Below the pieces are notes generated by a model. It did no database searches, had not been told where the DNA came from, and worked only from the letters and a program-made list of their open reading frames with translations. A DNA stretch of 64,000 nucleotides from Camelus ferus (lineage: Eukaryota): contig NC_045707.1 of NCBI RefSeq assembly GCF_009834535.1, positions 48,610,001 through 48,674,000 on the forward strand, written 5' to 3'. The number at the start of each line of letters is the position of its first letter. Position 1 is the first letter of the stretch. A program made the translations under genes and the position numbers. Of the stretch, positions 34,466 to 47,223 are shown piece after piece.

Positions 34466-37033
34466 TTTTTATTTTCTTGAAAAGAGAATTTTAAAAAGAA
34501 ATTTTTAACACGATGTTTGAATGCATGCTTACTTGAGTACTGAGATATATGTGGGTTAAAGTACATGAAAATTAACTACAAAATAGACCAGTTTGTAAGG
34601 TGGGGTGAAAACAGTCAGGAACATTCTGGATATATGGGTTGAATGTTCAGTCCATGCTTTTGCCTTATTGCTGTGTCTTCTATGAATTTTAATTAAACAT
34701 ATCAGAAGAAATAAGAATTTGATGGAAGCTACAGTTCAGAGAAAATAAATTAATCAATAATTACAGGCAGCTTTTTCTTATTTTATTTAGGGCACCATTA
34801 TAGCCTTGCAGTCCTAAAGAACACTACCTTAGACTTGCTTATATAAGCTAATGTGTCTTGTTTTGTGTGCTTGTGTGTGTGTGTGTCTGAAGAGGTAGAG
34901 CACTGACTTTTAAGACCCATCCCCTTTTCTTGACCTCAATAAAACCCAAGTTTAAGCCATTCTTACTCTCTAAATATTTAAATCTTCTTTTATTTTTTCC
35001 AATCATTGCTGATAATTCCTTTACTTTTATACTGACGATGTGGCAAGAATCAGAAGACACACATTTTAGATGCATGTGCTTTGTGACTTTTGGGGTGCAA
35101 ATTACATGTAAGAGAGCAACCCCAATAGAGTGTGTGTGTGACCAAATTACAGAGGTTTATGCATTCATAGGGAGAGACCAGATATAGAGATTCTAATTAG
35201 GAAAATAATATGGTATTGTCTCTAGGCTCCCAGAAGCACATTCGAAATATTAAATTTCCTTGGAAGTTCTTCATTTTGACTTTTCATTTGAAATTCCAAA
35301 TATTTTTTGCAAAAATCAGTTCTGAGTGATACTGCTAAATGTCTGCCTTCACTTTAATTTTCAGAGTTCAGGATTGTGGATGTGTACTACTGATTTGATT
35401 TCCAAATTCTGGTAGTTGTCCCAATAGAAAAAAAAAAATGCATTAAAAAACCCAGATCCAAAAGTGCCCATCAGTTAGCTCTGGGAATCGCCAACGTTGT
35501 CAAGTGATATTACAGTTATGGTCTTAAAAGTGTTTCAGAAAAAGCTGAATAACATTGCTTAAAAAGCTGGATTTTATGGCTTTGTCTTTGCCAAAGAGAT
35601 TGTCCAACAGAGAGCACCCTGGTAAGCCTAATTATTACTCCACATATGGTACGTGGCATTATAAGCTATTTTGAGGTTTTGGGAAAGGGAGAGATATGAG
35701 TGACAGCCACAGCAGGGCGTGCTGAAGAATTTTAACTCCAACTCTTAACAGTCCCGTGTTGGCAGAGCATAAAACACAAAATGCTGGTTTAGTAATCATT
35801 CTTTCACGTATTGATTTTCAGGGCAAATAATTTTTTTTTTTAATTTACAAGGTAGAGCAGGGAAGGAAGTGATATTAAAAATGTCAGTATAATACATATA
35901 TTCAGTAAAGATTGTCCTTCAAAATGTTATGGCTGTTTATAAGGGCAGCTTTCATTTCTCACTTTAAAATCACAGCAGCTTTTATAGCACTTTATTTAGG
36001 GAATGATATAGAATCTGATTTGGAGTGTAGCTTTAGTTAAACTTTAAAAAACACTTTATAATTTGTATATGTATGTGATTGCACCAAGAAAATAGTTTGG
36101 GAAAATGAATTTGGAGAAACATGGAATCCATCAGCCAGGAATCAGATTTGCCTCTCTGCCTTTACTTGATGATGTTTGAAAGGTTCCTCAGGGGGACAAG
36201 AGGACATTTAATGAAGAGGGGTGTTTTAGACTTAGGATTTCTCCAATGAGAACTATTTCTAAGTAATAATTTGTGGATATCTCAACACGGTTTAAAATGA
36301 AATTCAGACATCCCCTTATGTCCATCTCAGAAGCATTTTAAAGATCATCCTCATCTGTTTAGTTTAATCACAGAATCTTATGCTCAGCGGCCACTGCACC
36401 AGTGGAGGGCACGCCCAGAATGCCCAGGACAGGTGAGAGGTGCACATATTAAACAATAATTATGCTTACGTCCTCTACCAAAGCTTTGCAGGATCTCAGA
36501 AGCCTTTGTCCAAGTCCAGGGAACTTAGCAGATTCCTGGCACCACTTTGTCCTGGTTTTGGATAAAATAAGTAAGAATTTTCTTCTCTAGCAAAACAAAG
36601 GGATCTACCTCTCTCGTTTTCCATTCTAAATATTAAAAACAGGACACTACTTGAAGTTAAGGATTATCTTACCTACGATAGAGAGACTGGGTGCAAATAA
36701 TTAATATTCCCAGTAGATCTCTACTCATGATTAAGGTTAGAAAAAAATCATGACTTCAGGATTTGGCGTAGCATTTTTGTCCTTTTTTGGCTATTGCAAA
36801 TACTGTTTTTAAACAAAATCAGATACAGTTTATTACTCCCATTTAAAAGATAAGGAAAACCAAATCAAATATTAATTAAGCTTCCAGTTATATTTTTAAG
36901 TCAAATGATTTACAAACTTCTCTGGGGTATATAACATGATAATGAGATTAAAATGATATTTACCACTTCATTTTTCCCTCTGAGAGTGAGAGTTAATGTT
37001 CTTTAAATCTGGCCACGGCTGCTAGTGCTGTTT

Positions 37034-37052
37034 TCTCCAAAAGGTGGCACTT
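37034..37052 (+). promoter_or_regulatory. Possible CTCF motif (non-consensus 5' half)
   Basis: TCTCCAAAAGGTGGCACTT, with TGCTAG about 17 nt upstream. Confidence 0.4.
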
Positions 37053-37669
37053 GTGTAATCTTTTTCTTTCTCAGGGTGCAGAGAACCAGGGGAGCCAGAG
37101 GGACCAGAGTGAGTTTTCAAAATTGTTTTTCTTCAGCAAATTCCAAAATTCAGCCACGTCAGAAATCTGCATTTCTGCAACTGCAGCTTCTTTATGCTCT
37201 TAAGAACCGTTCAAATAAGAATTAGTCTGATTCTGTGAAAGAAAAACATGCTTCCCGTCTTAGTTTGGTTTAAACTTCGGAAAGTTCTTTATCCCAAGTT
37301 TATTTTGTGATGTTCTTCTTCCCTTCTGATCTTTGACTAAAGTTCTAATTCTTTTTTTAGATAACCTTGATCCATCTGACGTTGTCGTTCTTAATTAGAA
37401 TGCATAAGCAACACACGGGGCTGTCTGGACTCTATCTAAACAAACCTTTCTGACAGCATAAATCCAGAAGGATAAATCATTCAGACAGAAGAAATCTTTT
37501 GAACTGTAAACAGACAAGAAAGAGTGAGAGGCTTACAGGCGAAGGAAAACATGTTGGAGAGATTCTGCTGATGAGACATGAATTAACAGATGAGACTTAA
37601 AAATCAAACTAGCAGGTTCTTCCCAGCAATTCAGGTCAATTGCTCCCAATTCCTACAGCTGAAAAGAAT

Positions 37670-37765
37670 TTTAAATATGATCTGATGGAGTCCAACCACT
37701 TCATTTTACAGATGAGGAAACTGAGGCCCAGAATGCTAAAGAATGTGTTCAGTGGAATGCAACTG
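37670..37765 (-). mobile_element. MIR core
   Basis: tcattttacagatgaggaaactgaggcccaga, near-exact MIR core. Confidence 0.85.
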
Positions 37766-37995
37766 AATTCTGTTTCTACTTCTGGTGAAGAAAGCAATAA
37801 CCTGTTAAAGAGATGTGTTGAGTCACAAGTTATAGAAAACAAAATCTCTAGTAGTTTTGAAAACTGGAGTCTATTTAACCATGATTCTTTCTTTCTGGCA
37901 CATATTATTTCGGGCCACTATGCTGTCTTAGAAGCTGTGTTCTGCTCCAAGCAGGAATATGGTCATTCATTAACCAACCATATAAGTTATTAGAT

Positions 37996-38203
37996 CTGTG
38001 CTGTCCGATTCAGTAGCCACTAGCCACATGTGACTAATTGAATTTTAAATTAATGATAATTAAATAAAATTTAAAATCTAGTTCCTCAGCTACACTAGTC
38101 ACATTTCAAGGACTCAACAGCTACATGTGACAAGTGACTACTATATTGGGCAGGGCACACACAGAACTGCCATCATTTCTGAAAGTTCACTCGGACAGCA
38201 CTC
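37996..38203. mobile_element. MER3 (hAT-Charlie), full length
   Basis: TIRs ctgtgctgtcc...ggacagcactc. Internal gtagccactagccacatgtg and ctagtcacatttcaag...ctacatgtg. Confidence 0.85.
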
Positions 38204-41200
38204 TTGTAGACCATCACCTGTAGAGCATATGAGAAGATACAACACAAAGCGAGGTTCACAGTGTGATAGGGTAACCCAGTGTGTAATGACTAAAGGCATT
38301 TGTTCTACAGTTTATGTGGGTTTCTGAGCAAATTTACAACCAACTATGGGAAATTAGCAGGTTTATGTCTTTTTAGGCCTCTGTTCCTCCCTTTTTCACT
38401 GTACTTCCGCCTTTTCTAATATTCTTCACTTCTGAGTGTTCAGTAACTCTTTGTGAGTACCTTCTTTATTCCATCTTGTGAGCATTATTCGATTACATTG
38501 CACAATGTCCATTGAATACCTGCTGTGCAACAAACATTGCACTAGGTAACTAAAAAGGAAGAATAAGAAGCTGTGTGGTAATGAATCAGGCAGGAGGAAA
38601 ACATATGTTTCCAGAAGCCATTTAGGAAAAGGAATGAACTCTTCTAACTATTTGAATTAGCAAAAGCAAGTATTATTAGTATAATTATGTAGATTAAGAG
38701 ATAGAAGCTTATTTTGAGGGCTTTAGTGACTTGCCCAAAATAATATAGGAGGTATAAAGGTATCCTCAGACTGGAATCTATGTCTTTTTACATCAAATCC
38801 AGCACTTCTAATCTGTTACCAACCCAGAGTAGAGGTTGGTTTATGCCAAATTCCTAGTTTTTTTGACATCTGCCAGTGAATCATCAAATAAGTTATGCTT
38901 TCCATACATCAACAGTCTCCTTTTTAAGTCCAATTTTCCAGAATTTCTTTGAATAAAGACAGAATTATAGGTGTGTTTTCACATGGACTTCTTGGAACCC
39001 TCAGCTAAGTGCTTGTAGAAGGTCCTTGTGTTAACTGACCTGTGCTTGATGTTCAGTTAACACTAAGAGATCTTAGGAGTTGACAGAGCTTAAATGTGAA
39101 TTAAACATATGTTCTTTCTACTAGAAAACAAAGAATAAGTATCTTTCTTATTGGTTGGCAGATGAATAAAATTGCACCATTTGCAGCAATCAGGACAGCA
39201 CCCATAGCATATAACTTTTGAGATTTGGCACTTTCCGTGCCTTTTTGTATAAAAGAGTGATTCATTTAGGCACACCTAAATCCAGATGTTATCCAAAATC
39301 TAGGTCTTACACAGATTTTCTCTTTACAGCAGGCTTCGCTTGGAAATATGACACCACCTCCCCATCGTTGAAGTGGCTTGGTAATGGGCTTTAATGGCCC
39401 GTTACTAACCATCTCTGCACCACATTATTTGGAAGTACTCCACCTACACCACATGCCTCCCAGTATGAAGGTTAATATAATAAGACTTTCCCTCACATAT
39501 TCAAGTTATCAGTCAAATGTTAACTTTTATATTTTGATGAGGTCTCAGGATACCCGGTGTTACTTGCAATTATTTTAATCACAAATTGTATTATAGTGAG
39601 ATGGCACTACATTTATTTATAAAATTTATAAAATCTAGCTAGAGATTATCCTTATCTTCATTAGTAGAAACTTCCAATAATCCTGCCATGATTTCTTACC
39701 CTCTTCATCAGATTTACTCTACAAGATTTAGTTGACTGAAACCTTCTCCCAGTCCTTCATAGAGTGCTGCCCTGATTCCATCATCCTTTTCACTTTGTCC
39801 TACTCTCCTACCAAAACAAAGACAACAAAACAAACCAGCAAAAGTCCTCTTTAGAATGACTTTCCTACTTTTTAGTGGCTCATACTCTTTTCTTCCCAAC
39901 TCATCAATTCAAAGAATCCTCCCTTTCTTATCTACAATTCATTTGTTCCTCTCCTTCAAGATTCATCTCCAGTATCTTAGAATTTAAAGGCTCTCATAAC
40001 CAACAATACTCTTCATGCACTTTTAATACACTCTTCTTGCATAAAAAGTATATTCATACATTGAATAATACGCACTGCCCAGTGTAATCAAACACATTAA
40101 CTTTTTCAGAGCAGATACTCCCTGGCTATGTGGCTTTGGGCAGATGACTTTATCATTTTGGATTCTAATGCTCTCATCTGAAAAACATAATAAAAATAAA
40201 ATTGTATTGCTGATATTCTATTTTTCTCAGTCAGTTTTCTTTTAAAAGAGTAAGTAAGAAAAATATGGTAGCTAGTAAATTTTTTTTCCTATAGACTATG
40301 TGACAGTATCATTCAAAAAATTATTTTCTAGAATGTGTTATCACTAGTGAAAGTAATTTTGGAAAACGCAAACTTTCGGTCAAAGATAAAATTTGTTATT
40401 TTCTTGAGAATTTGTATGACTCTGCTAGAAGACTAGAACTGGATATTTTGCAAAATAAATATGCTCTGATACTAGCTAGAAAAATAAGGAAAATCCTTGT
40501 ATTGTTTAGCTGAAGAGCAAATTTGTATCATTAAAATGTATTCCAGTTTATATTACATGGCATTAGAAAATGCCACAATATTCTTAAATAATCCGTACCT
40601 GGAGGTTGAGTGCATACTTAAAATGGCATTTGTGCCTGTTTCAGCTGGAATCGTGTGTAGCTGGTCTGTGGCTTGGGAGTCTCTCCATAAAGTGAAGGAG
40701 CACAGAGCTGACTTTCTCTTCTTCAAGCCTCCAATACACATGCCTCTCTCATAGCCACAACACATTTAAACTAGCCAGCTACGCATTTTTTTAAAAAAGT
40801 ATGTATCTTGATCACATTGAGATATATGGCTCTTAGTATTAAAGGGAAAAAATATGTATACAACAAATTCTAAATCTGAGTTGTTATTTTAAAAATATTC
40901 TAGAAACCAAAATAGCCAAACTTTGCTTTCAGATTAACTTTCAAGTTAATATGTGGGCTGTACACTTGCTAAATCAGACTTGCTGTGGTATCAGCTCAGA
41001 TCTTGCAGCTTGCTGACTATTTGGGCTCTCATTGTACTAGGAATACTCACAGCACGTGCTGGCTGTGATCTTAGTGCTCTTTCCCTCATCACTTATACCT
41101 TTAATATGGCTGTGCTCCTGACAGAGAAAATGTTAGACCCTGAAGTCCATGATCTATTTATTACATATCATTGATAGGAGCAAAGCTCCACCCAGATCAT

Positions 41201-42506
41201 AGTACTTCTTCCCAAGATATAAATTTAATCAAATTACATTGCACAAAAAATAATTTGGACAAATTACTCTTGAACAAATAGAAAAAAAAAACAAGAAATA
41301 GAGAAAAGGAACACATTATTGTAAACAATTTGCTTTTATTAATTTTGACTACATACCTTTGTACTCAGTTGGTCAGTAATAAATTTTTATTGATTTACCT
41401 TGAAAGACCTTTGCTTCTTTCTGATTGTATGTTTGGCAAAATGCAGCTTATAATTACCATCCATTATATGATAGTAGAGTATGCACTCAAACAGAAGAAC
41501 TATATAAGAATTGATCTTGTTTGAAAGTGACAAGGTAGTGTATACCAGCTTATTATGTGAAAGCAAATGGTTTCCATTATTTTAAAAAATGTCTTTAACT
41601 GGGAAGATGATGGATTTTTGCGTATCTGGGTTAAAGTCTGTTAATCTCAAATGTGATACCAAGAGGTAACAAAATACTTTTCTGATATTCTGATATTATT
41701 TAAATAGCAAAGATTTTTACGCTGCCCTATCTCGAATTTAACAGTGTTGAGTCATTATCTTCTAAGGTTCCTTCTCAACAGAACTTGTTGGAAATTCAAG
41801 GGATACTGGAAACTATAATTTTGATGTAGCTTGAATTTGCCCAGATTAAAGGAGGGACAAAGTTCTGAACAAACTCTCCTCTGGCTAAAGTCCACTACTA
41901 CTCTATGCCAAATACCATGTTTTTGTTGTTGTTGTTGTTGTCTGTAAAATAAGAAAAGGAGTCCTTAATGACTGAAAGTTATTTTCATTGAAAAGGATTT
42001 TCATTCATCTTGTCATGATTATGACAGATTTCACTTATCTCATATTTTTAGGTATCTTGACCTCTGAGCCTGGTTTTTTTTTTTTTTTAATTTTCTTTCC
42101 TTTTTTTTTTTTAATACTCTAAATTATCCTAGAATGAGTGATGATTGAGGAATTTCTCACCACAGCCATAGATAAACATCAACAAGCAGTGGGTGGATGG
42201 ATAAAATGACTGGCAAATTCTTTTATTTACAAACATTGAAAAATAGGAATATTATCTTTTATCTCTCTAATTATTTATATTCTCAATCAACATAAAATGA
42301 AGTCATGGAGACATGCCCATCTGTTTATTTTTTAAAATCCATGGTGTCAACAGTTTACAAGTTTCCAGTAGAAACCAGGAATGAAGGCATTCTTGTGGGA
42401 TGTAGTCAAGTCTGTCCAAATCTTTGAAACAAACAGAATTTTGGGTTTATGTTTCAGAAAAGTTTAGATAAGCTTTTTATTTTTATAATTTACAGTCTTT
42501 CAACTG

Positions 42507-42507
<1 letters not shown>

Positions 42508-42552
<45 letters not shown>
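42508..42552. repeat. (TG)22 microsatellite
   Basis: Uninterrupted 45 bp TG run. Confidence 0.98.
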
Positions 42553-42557
<5 letters not shown>

Positions 42558-42769
42558 TCTTAAAATTAGAAGCAAAGTACTAAGGAGATTCCACATTGTT
42601 TGATAGTTGTGAAAAGCTGGTTGACATGAAATGCAGCTCAGAAGCTGAAGATGTTTTTGGCTACCAGCATAGAAGGAGGGTGTTGAGACGAGGAGGAATC
42701 AGCCTTATTTGGGTATCATCCACTGGGACATGGCCAGGAACTTAACACTAGAGAATAGCAAAGTGTACT

Positions 42770-43185
42770 TGGTTGTCCTCTGTTTGCTCCCTTAGTCTAT
42801 GCTCCTTGCTTCTCTACCCTTTCTGGGCCTTAGAAGGCAATTTCTGCAGACCACCTCGCCTGGGATCCTCTGCCAGCTTCTGCTTAGACTCATCCAGTAG
42901 GCCCAGTGGACTGAGATATGAAGGTGAAATAACAAGGAAGTTGTACATTTCTCCCCCTTCCCTCCCTTTATCAGCACCCTAATCCCTAGTAATAACTGTA
43001 TTTCTCTTTCCCACAGGAAACCACTCCTTTGCAATTCCATTCTCCGTGAACTCTGGTAGCAACATTTCTTCCTCTTGTCCCTTTGGTCCTAAGGGTGGAA
43101 ATGACTTTCCACTGTTGCTATTCTCTGGGTGCCTTGCTCCTTTTACTGTTCTCACACATAGTCAGGACCCCAATCAATAAAAACA
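42770..43185 (+). mobile_element. LTR33-like ERVL LTR
   Basis: cctcttgtccctttggtcctaagggtggaaatgactttccactgttgctattctctgggtgcc. Confidence 0.55.
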
Positions 43186-43419
43186 GCTCCATCCTTTAAA
43201 GGCAGGTATGTGCACTCTGTGACAAGGAAGCATAGGCTTTGGTCATTGTCTCACTGGCTATGGAAATAAATGAATTTTTGTCACTCAGCCAAATATTCAT
43301 TATGGAAATCAAAATAATTTATATTTATTACTGGCTAATTTTTGAAAATACCTAACATGGAAAAAAGTAAATAGGAAAGAAAATAGCAATTAACTTTACT
43401 GATTGATAGTAATGTATTA

Positions 43420-43700
43420 GCTACGCCTCTATGAAGTAGGCACTGTCATTGCCCACATTTTAAAATACAGGAACCAAACTACTGAAAGGTGAAATGACTT
43501 GTGTAAGGTAACACAGCTATGGGATGGCAGAGGAAGGATTTGAACTGAGGCACACTGGTTCCTAAGGCTACACTCTTAACCACTGAGCACTTCTATCTCT
43601 TGGAAAGGAAATAGAAAATGAAAGGAACAGCATTTATTAAGTACCTACTGTGTGCCAGGAAGTGCACTAGGTGCTTTCACATGTGCTATCTCATTTATTG
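43420..43700 (-). mobile_element. Two adjacent MIR pieces
   Basis: ctctatgaagtagg...gtgaaatgacttgtgtaaggtaacacagcta...ggatttgaactgagg; catttattaagtacctactgtgtgccagg. Confidence 0.8.
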
Positions 43701-44450
43701 CCCTTTCCGAAGCACCTGACACTGTCATCTGTTCTCTATTTGGAGAAACACTTTCCTCTCTAGGTTTCTCTGACACGATACACTGCACTGGTTTTCCTCT
43801 CATTTTCCTATGCTTGCTGTTCCTGTCTATTCAATCTTTAAATGTGAGAACATTTTGAGTTCTCTTCTTGCATCTATTCTTCCTTGTTAAACTCATCTAA
43901 TTAAGTGGCTTGATATTGCCAGTGATACCCAGATGACTCTTACATTTTTATTTCTAACTTGTCCCCTCTTCTTAATGTCAAACCTGAATGTTTAACTGCC
44001 TCCTGGACATCTCCCTTTGGGTACCTAGTAAGCATCTCAGACTCAACACAACCAACTGAGAATGCTTGATTCCTTTCTTCTTCAACCTGCTTCCCTCTCT
44101 GCCATCTACATTCCATGAAATAGTGCCATTACCTGTTCCAACTGATCAAGCTAGAGACTGAGGAATTATCCTAGAGTGTTCACACTTTCCTTCTTCTGCT
44201 ATCTAATCATTAGTACATTGTGTCAGCTCCACGTATGGAGGTCCAGGTCCCTCCCTGCTCACTACCATCATCTTTTGCCCCAGTCATTGTGATAACTTCC
44301 CATCTGATCTTGCTATTTTCAGTCTTGCTCTCTTTCAAGGATTTCTACATATGGCAGCCAAATAATTATTTTAAACATATCATACCACTTTACTGCTGAA
44401 AATCCTTTATTGGTTTCCAAACAAAATGCAGTCCAACCTCTCCTTTGCAC
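43700..44450 (+). mobile_element. L2 RT/3' region
   Basis: aactgcctcctggacatctccctttgggtacctagtaagcatctcagactcaaca. Confidence 0.8.
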
Positions 44451-44659
44451 AGGATAAACACCTTACCTAAGCTGATTTCTGTTAAATGAAGGAATCCTAT
44501 AGTAGGAATGTTTGGTCTTCACATAGCTCTTCCAGGTGGCTATTAGTATGTCCATTTTTTATTAATGTAGAAATGGATGCAAAGAGAATGACATTATATT
44601 CTCCCCTCCCTCAGGAGGTCTTGAAATCAGTTCTTAAGTGGACTTGACTAATGTAATAA

Positions 44660-44930
44660 ATAATGAGCAGCCAGTATTTTCTGAATTACTTATAATGTGT
44701 TAGGCATAATACTTTGGTGAGTACTATTTATATACTCTCTTAAGATTTTTTATAATAAGACTTTGAAGAAGGTGTTATCATCTGCATTTGATACTTGAGA
44801 AACAAGGATCAGAGAGTTTAAGCAACTTATTCAATGTCACAGTGCTGCTTAGTGGGAAAGGGTTGATCTAATGCTGGGTCTGTAGTCCAAAGCCCAAAGC
44901 CTTAACCCTGTGACTACTCTACCTCATTGA
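44660..44930 (-). mobile_element. MIR
   Basis: ggatcagagagtttaagcaacttattcaatgtcacagtgctgcttagtgg...tccaaagcccaaagccttaacc. Confidence 0.75.
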
Positions 44931-46768
44931 AAATATGGCATGTACATTTTATTATTCCTACCAATTATATACACACCCACATTTTTTCTTTTTCAAAGAA
45001 TATAAGCTTCTTTAAACATGCCAGGGTTTAATGTTATAATAAACTCTGTGTTTGTAGATGGAAGGCAAAGACATCAGTTTTATTCTAAACCTAGTGACTA
45101 TTCTAGCTCTTCTTGGCTTGTCCCCAAACCAGAGGGCACTTAACTTTAAAATATAAGGAAGGAGGACATTTAGTATGAATGTTTAAAGGTAGTTTTTTGA
45201 AAGAAATAAACTTTTTATTGACATCTGCTTAATTTGGCCTTGTTATACATAATTTCTAATTAGGGAATTTTTAATTAAAAAATACATACCAAAGAAATAG
45301 AATCATTTACATATGAGGTTATGATCAATCCTCCTTTTATAAAGAAAAATATTTTCAAATCAAGTGGTTTTGATTCACACTGGGAGGAAAGAACACAAAA
45401 ATATTATGATAATACTTAACACAATGATAGACATGCAACATGATCTTTAAATTCTATGAAACTGGACATCAGAGTGATATGCTTACATAGGGATTTCATC
45501 TTGTTCGTGCTGGGAGAGAAAGAAACACATTGTAATTTGTTTCGAAAATGACTCTAAAATTTTTAGAAATTTAGTTTACTATACAACTTGCTGCTTTGAC
45601 AACTGTAAGCATATAAATAAATTGTTCCAAGTTAGTCTTTTGAAGAACTATTTCCTTTTCCTGTCCAAGAAAATCACAAAGGGAATATGTTATCCTGTTT
45701 ATTTCAAAGAAATTATGAATCAAGCTTTGTTTTCTTTCTTGTCTTATAAAGCAAATGTCAAAAGGATGCAGTACCACTAAGAAGTCAGGAAATTTGGTCC
45801 TAAAAGCAATTCAAATTGATAACTATGTTCAATGTCACTTAGGTTTTTATCCCAACATGCCAAGTTGATCCCTTCCTTTATATTCACTTGGATAACTTTC
45901 CATAATAAGTATTTTCATTTGTTTGCTTTTAAAAATAAAGATACAGATGCTATGGTGAAAATGGGCAAATATGCAGGCAATGACTATAATTTTATGGGAG
46001 TAATTTTCTTGTATGACTTATAAAATGGTCCTGATGAAAATTCCGAGAAAGTGTTTCAAAAATGTCTTGAGCAATAGAAACATCATCGTTTGATAGCTCC
46101 TCTGGTGACTATTATGAAAGACACTAGCTATTTTCGTGTGTATAATCTGCTAAAATTATTATTTTCTCAATTATTTTCAATCTGGATCATTTTTCCTTTT
46201 GTCCTTAACATGGAAGTCATTGATTGTATCTCTGGCCTACTTTTGTGCATGTCTCAGAGGTTTCTTTAATGAGATACACCATAATCAGTAATGTGGTTAT
46301 TTGTTTTTGGATAATTTCCCCTCCCTTCCTCTGATAAACTCTAAAATACATTTGAGAATGTTGAGTAATGGCAGAATTGGATATGGACCAAGTCCAATTA
46401 GATGTTTAAAAAGTATAGTGCTCTGCCTATCACATAGGATCGATCTTTCCAGGGAGTATATGCAGCTAAAAATACTCTCAAAATGAAGTTATCTGCTTTC
46501 TGGTCCTGTAATTCCTATGTGAACATTACTTAGTCTTACCAACATGTGTGGGAGGAATGAGATAGAAACTACTATTAAGCATTACTTTCATAACTCAAAT
46601 TCATTTATCAGATGCTCAGTCAGTCATCTGTCAGGACCTGAAGGAAAAAGAGAAAAGAGAAAAGCCTTAGTACTTTGTTGGCAGTGATGAAAAAGTAAAG
46701 TTCAGGAAATGGTGAAGCCAAACACTGAAAGGCCAAGAGAGTCAAGGCAGAGCATGAATAGAGTTGAC

Positions 46769-47223
46769 CGACAAAGACTCTTTTTAATCAAACTTTAATC
46801 AGGCTCCTCTAAGCCCTTTTCTTACTAGGACTCATCCTTGGGCTTTGTTCTCAGGCCTGCATAACCCAGTTTTAGCAAGAATCCTGCTACTCAATTTAGT
46901 GAGAATCCCCAACCCTCAGTATCTGATCAAATCCCTCATTCCCCGACCCATCCAGGTGGTAGCTGGCTATCCTGGCCTGCCTTCAGCAAGAATCCTGTTA
47001 GGTCAGTTCAGCAAGAATTCTCCCTACCCTTGATGTCTCTTCTTAGGAATTTCTATCCACCCATCCCCACAACCTGCTTCTTGCCTGTAAATTCCCACTG
47101 GTCATTGCTGTATTTGGAGTTGAGCCCAGTCCTATACTGAGGTCTCTTTTTCCTCTATTGCAATAGTTCCTGAACAAAATATGTTTTTACCACATTACTA
47201 TCTGGCTCTGGTTTTCTTTAACA
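46769..47223 (+). mobile_element. MER31 (ERV1) solo LTR
   Basis: gacaaagactc...caaactttaatcaggctcctctaagccc, repeated agcaagaatcctg motifs, ends ggttttctttaaca. Confidence 0.85.
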
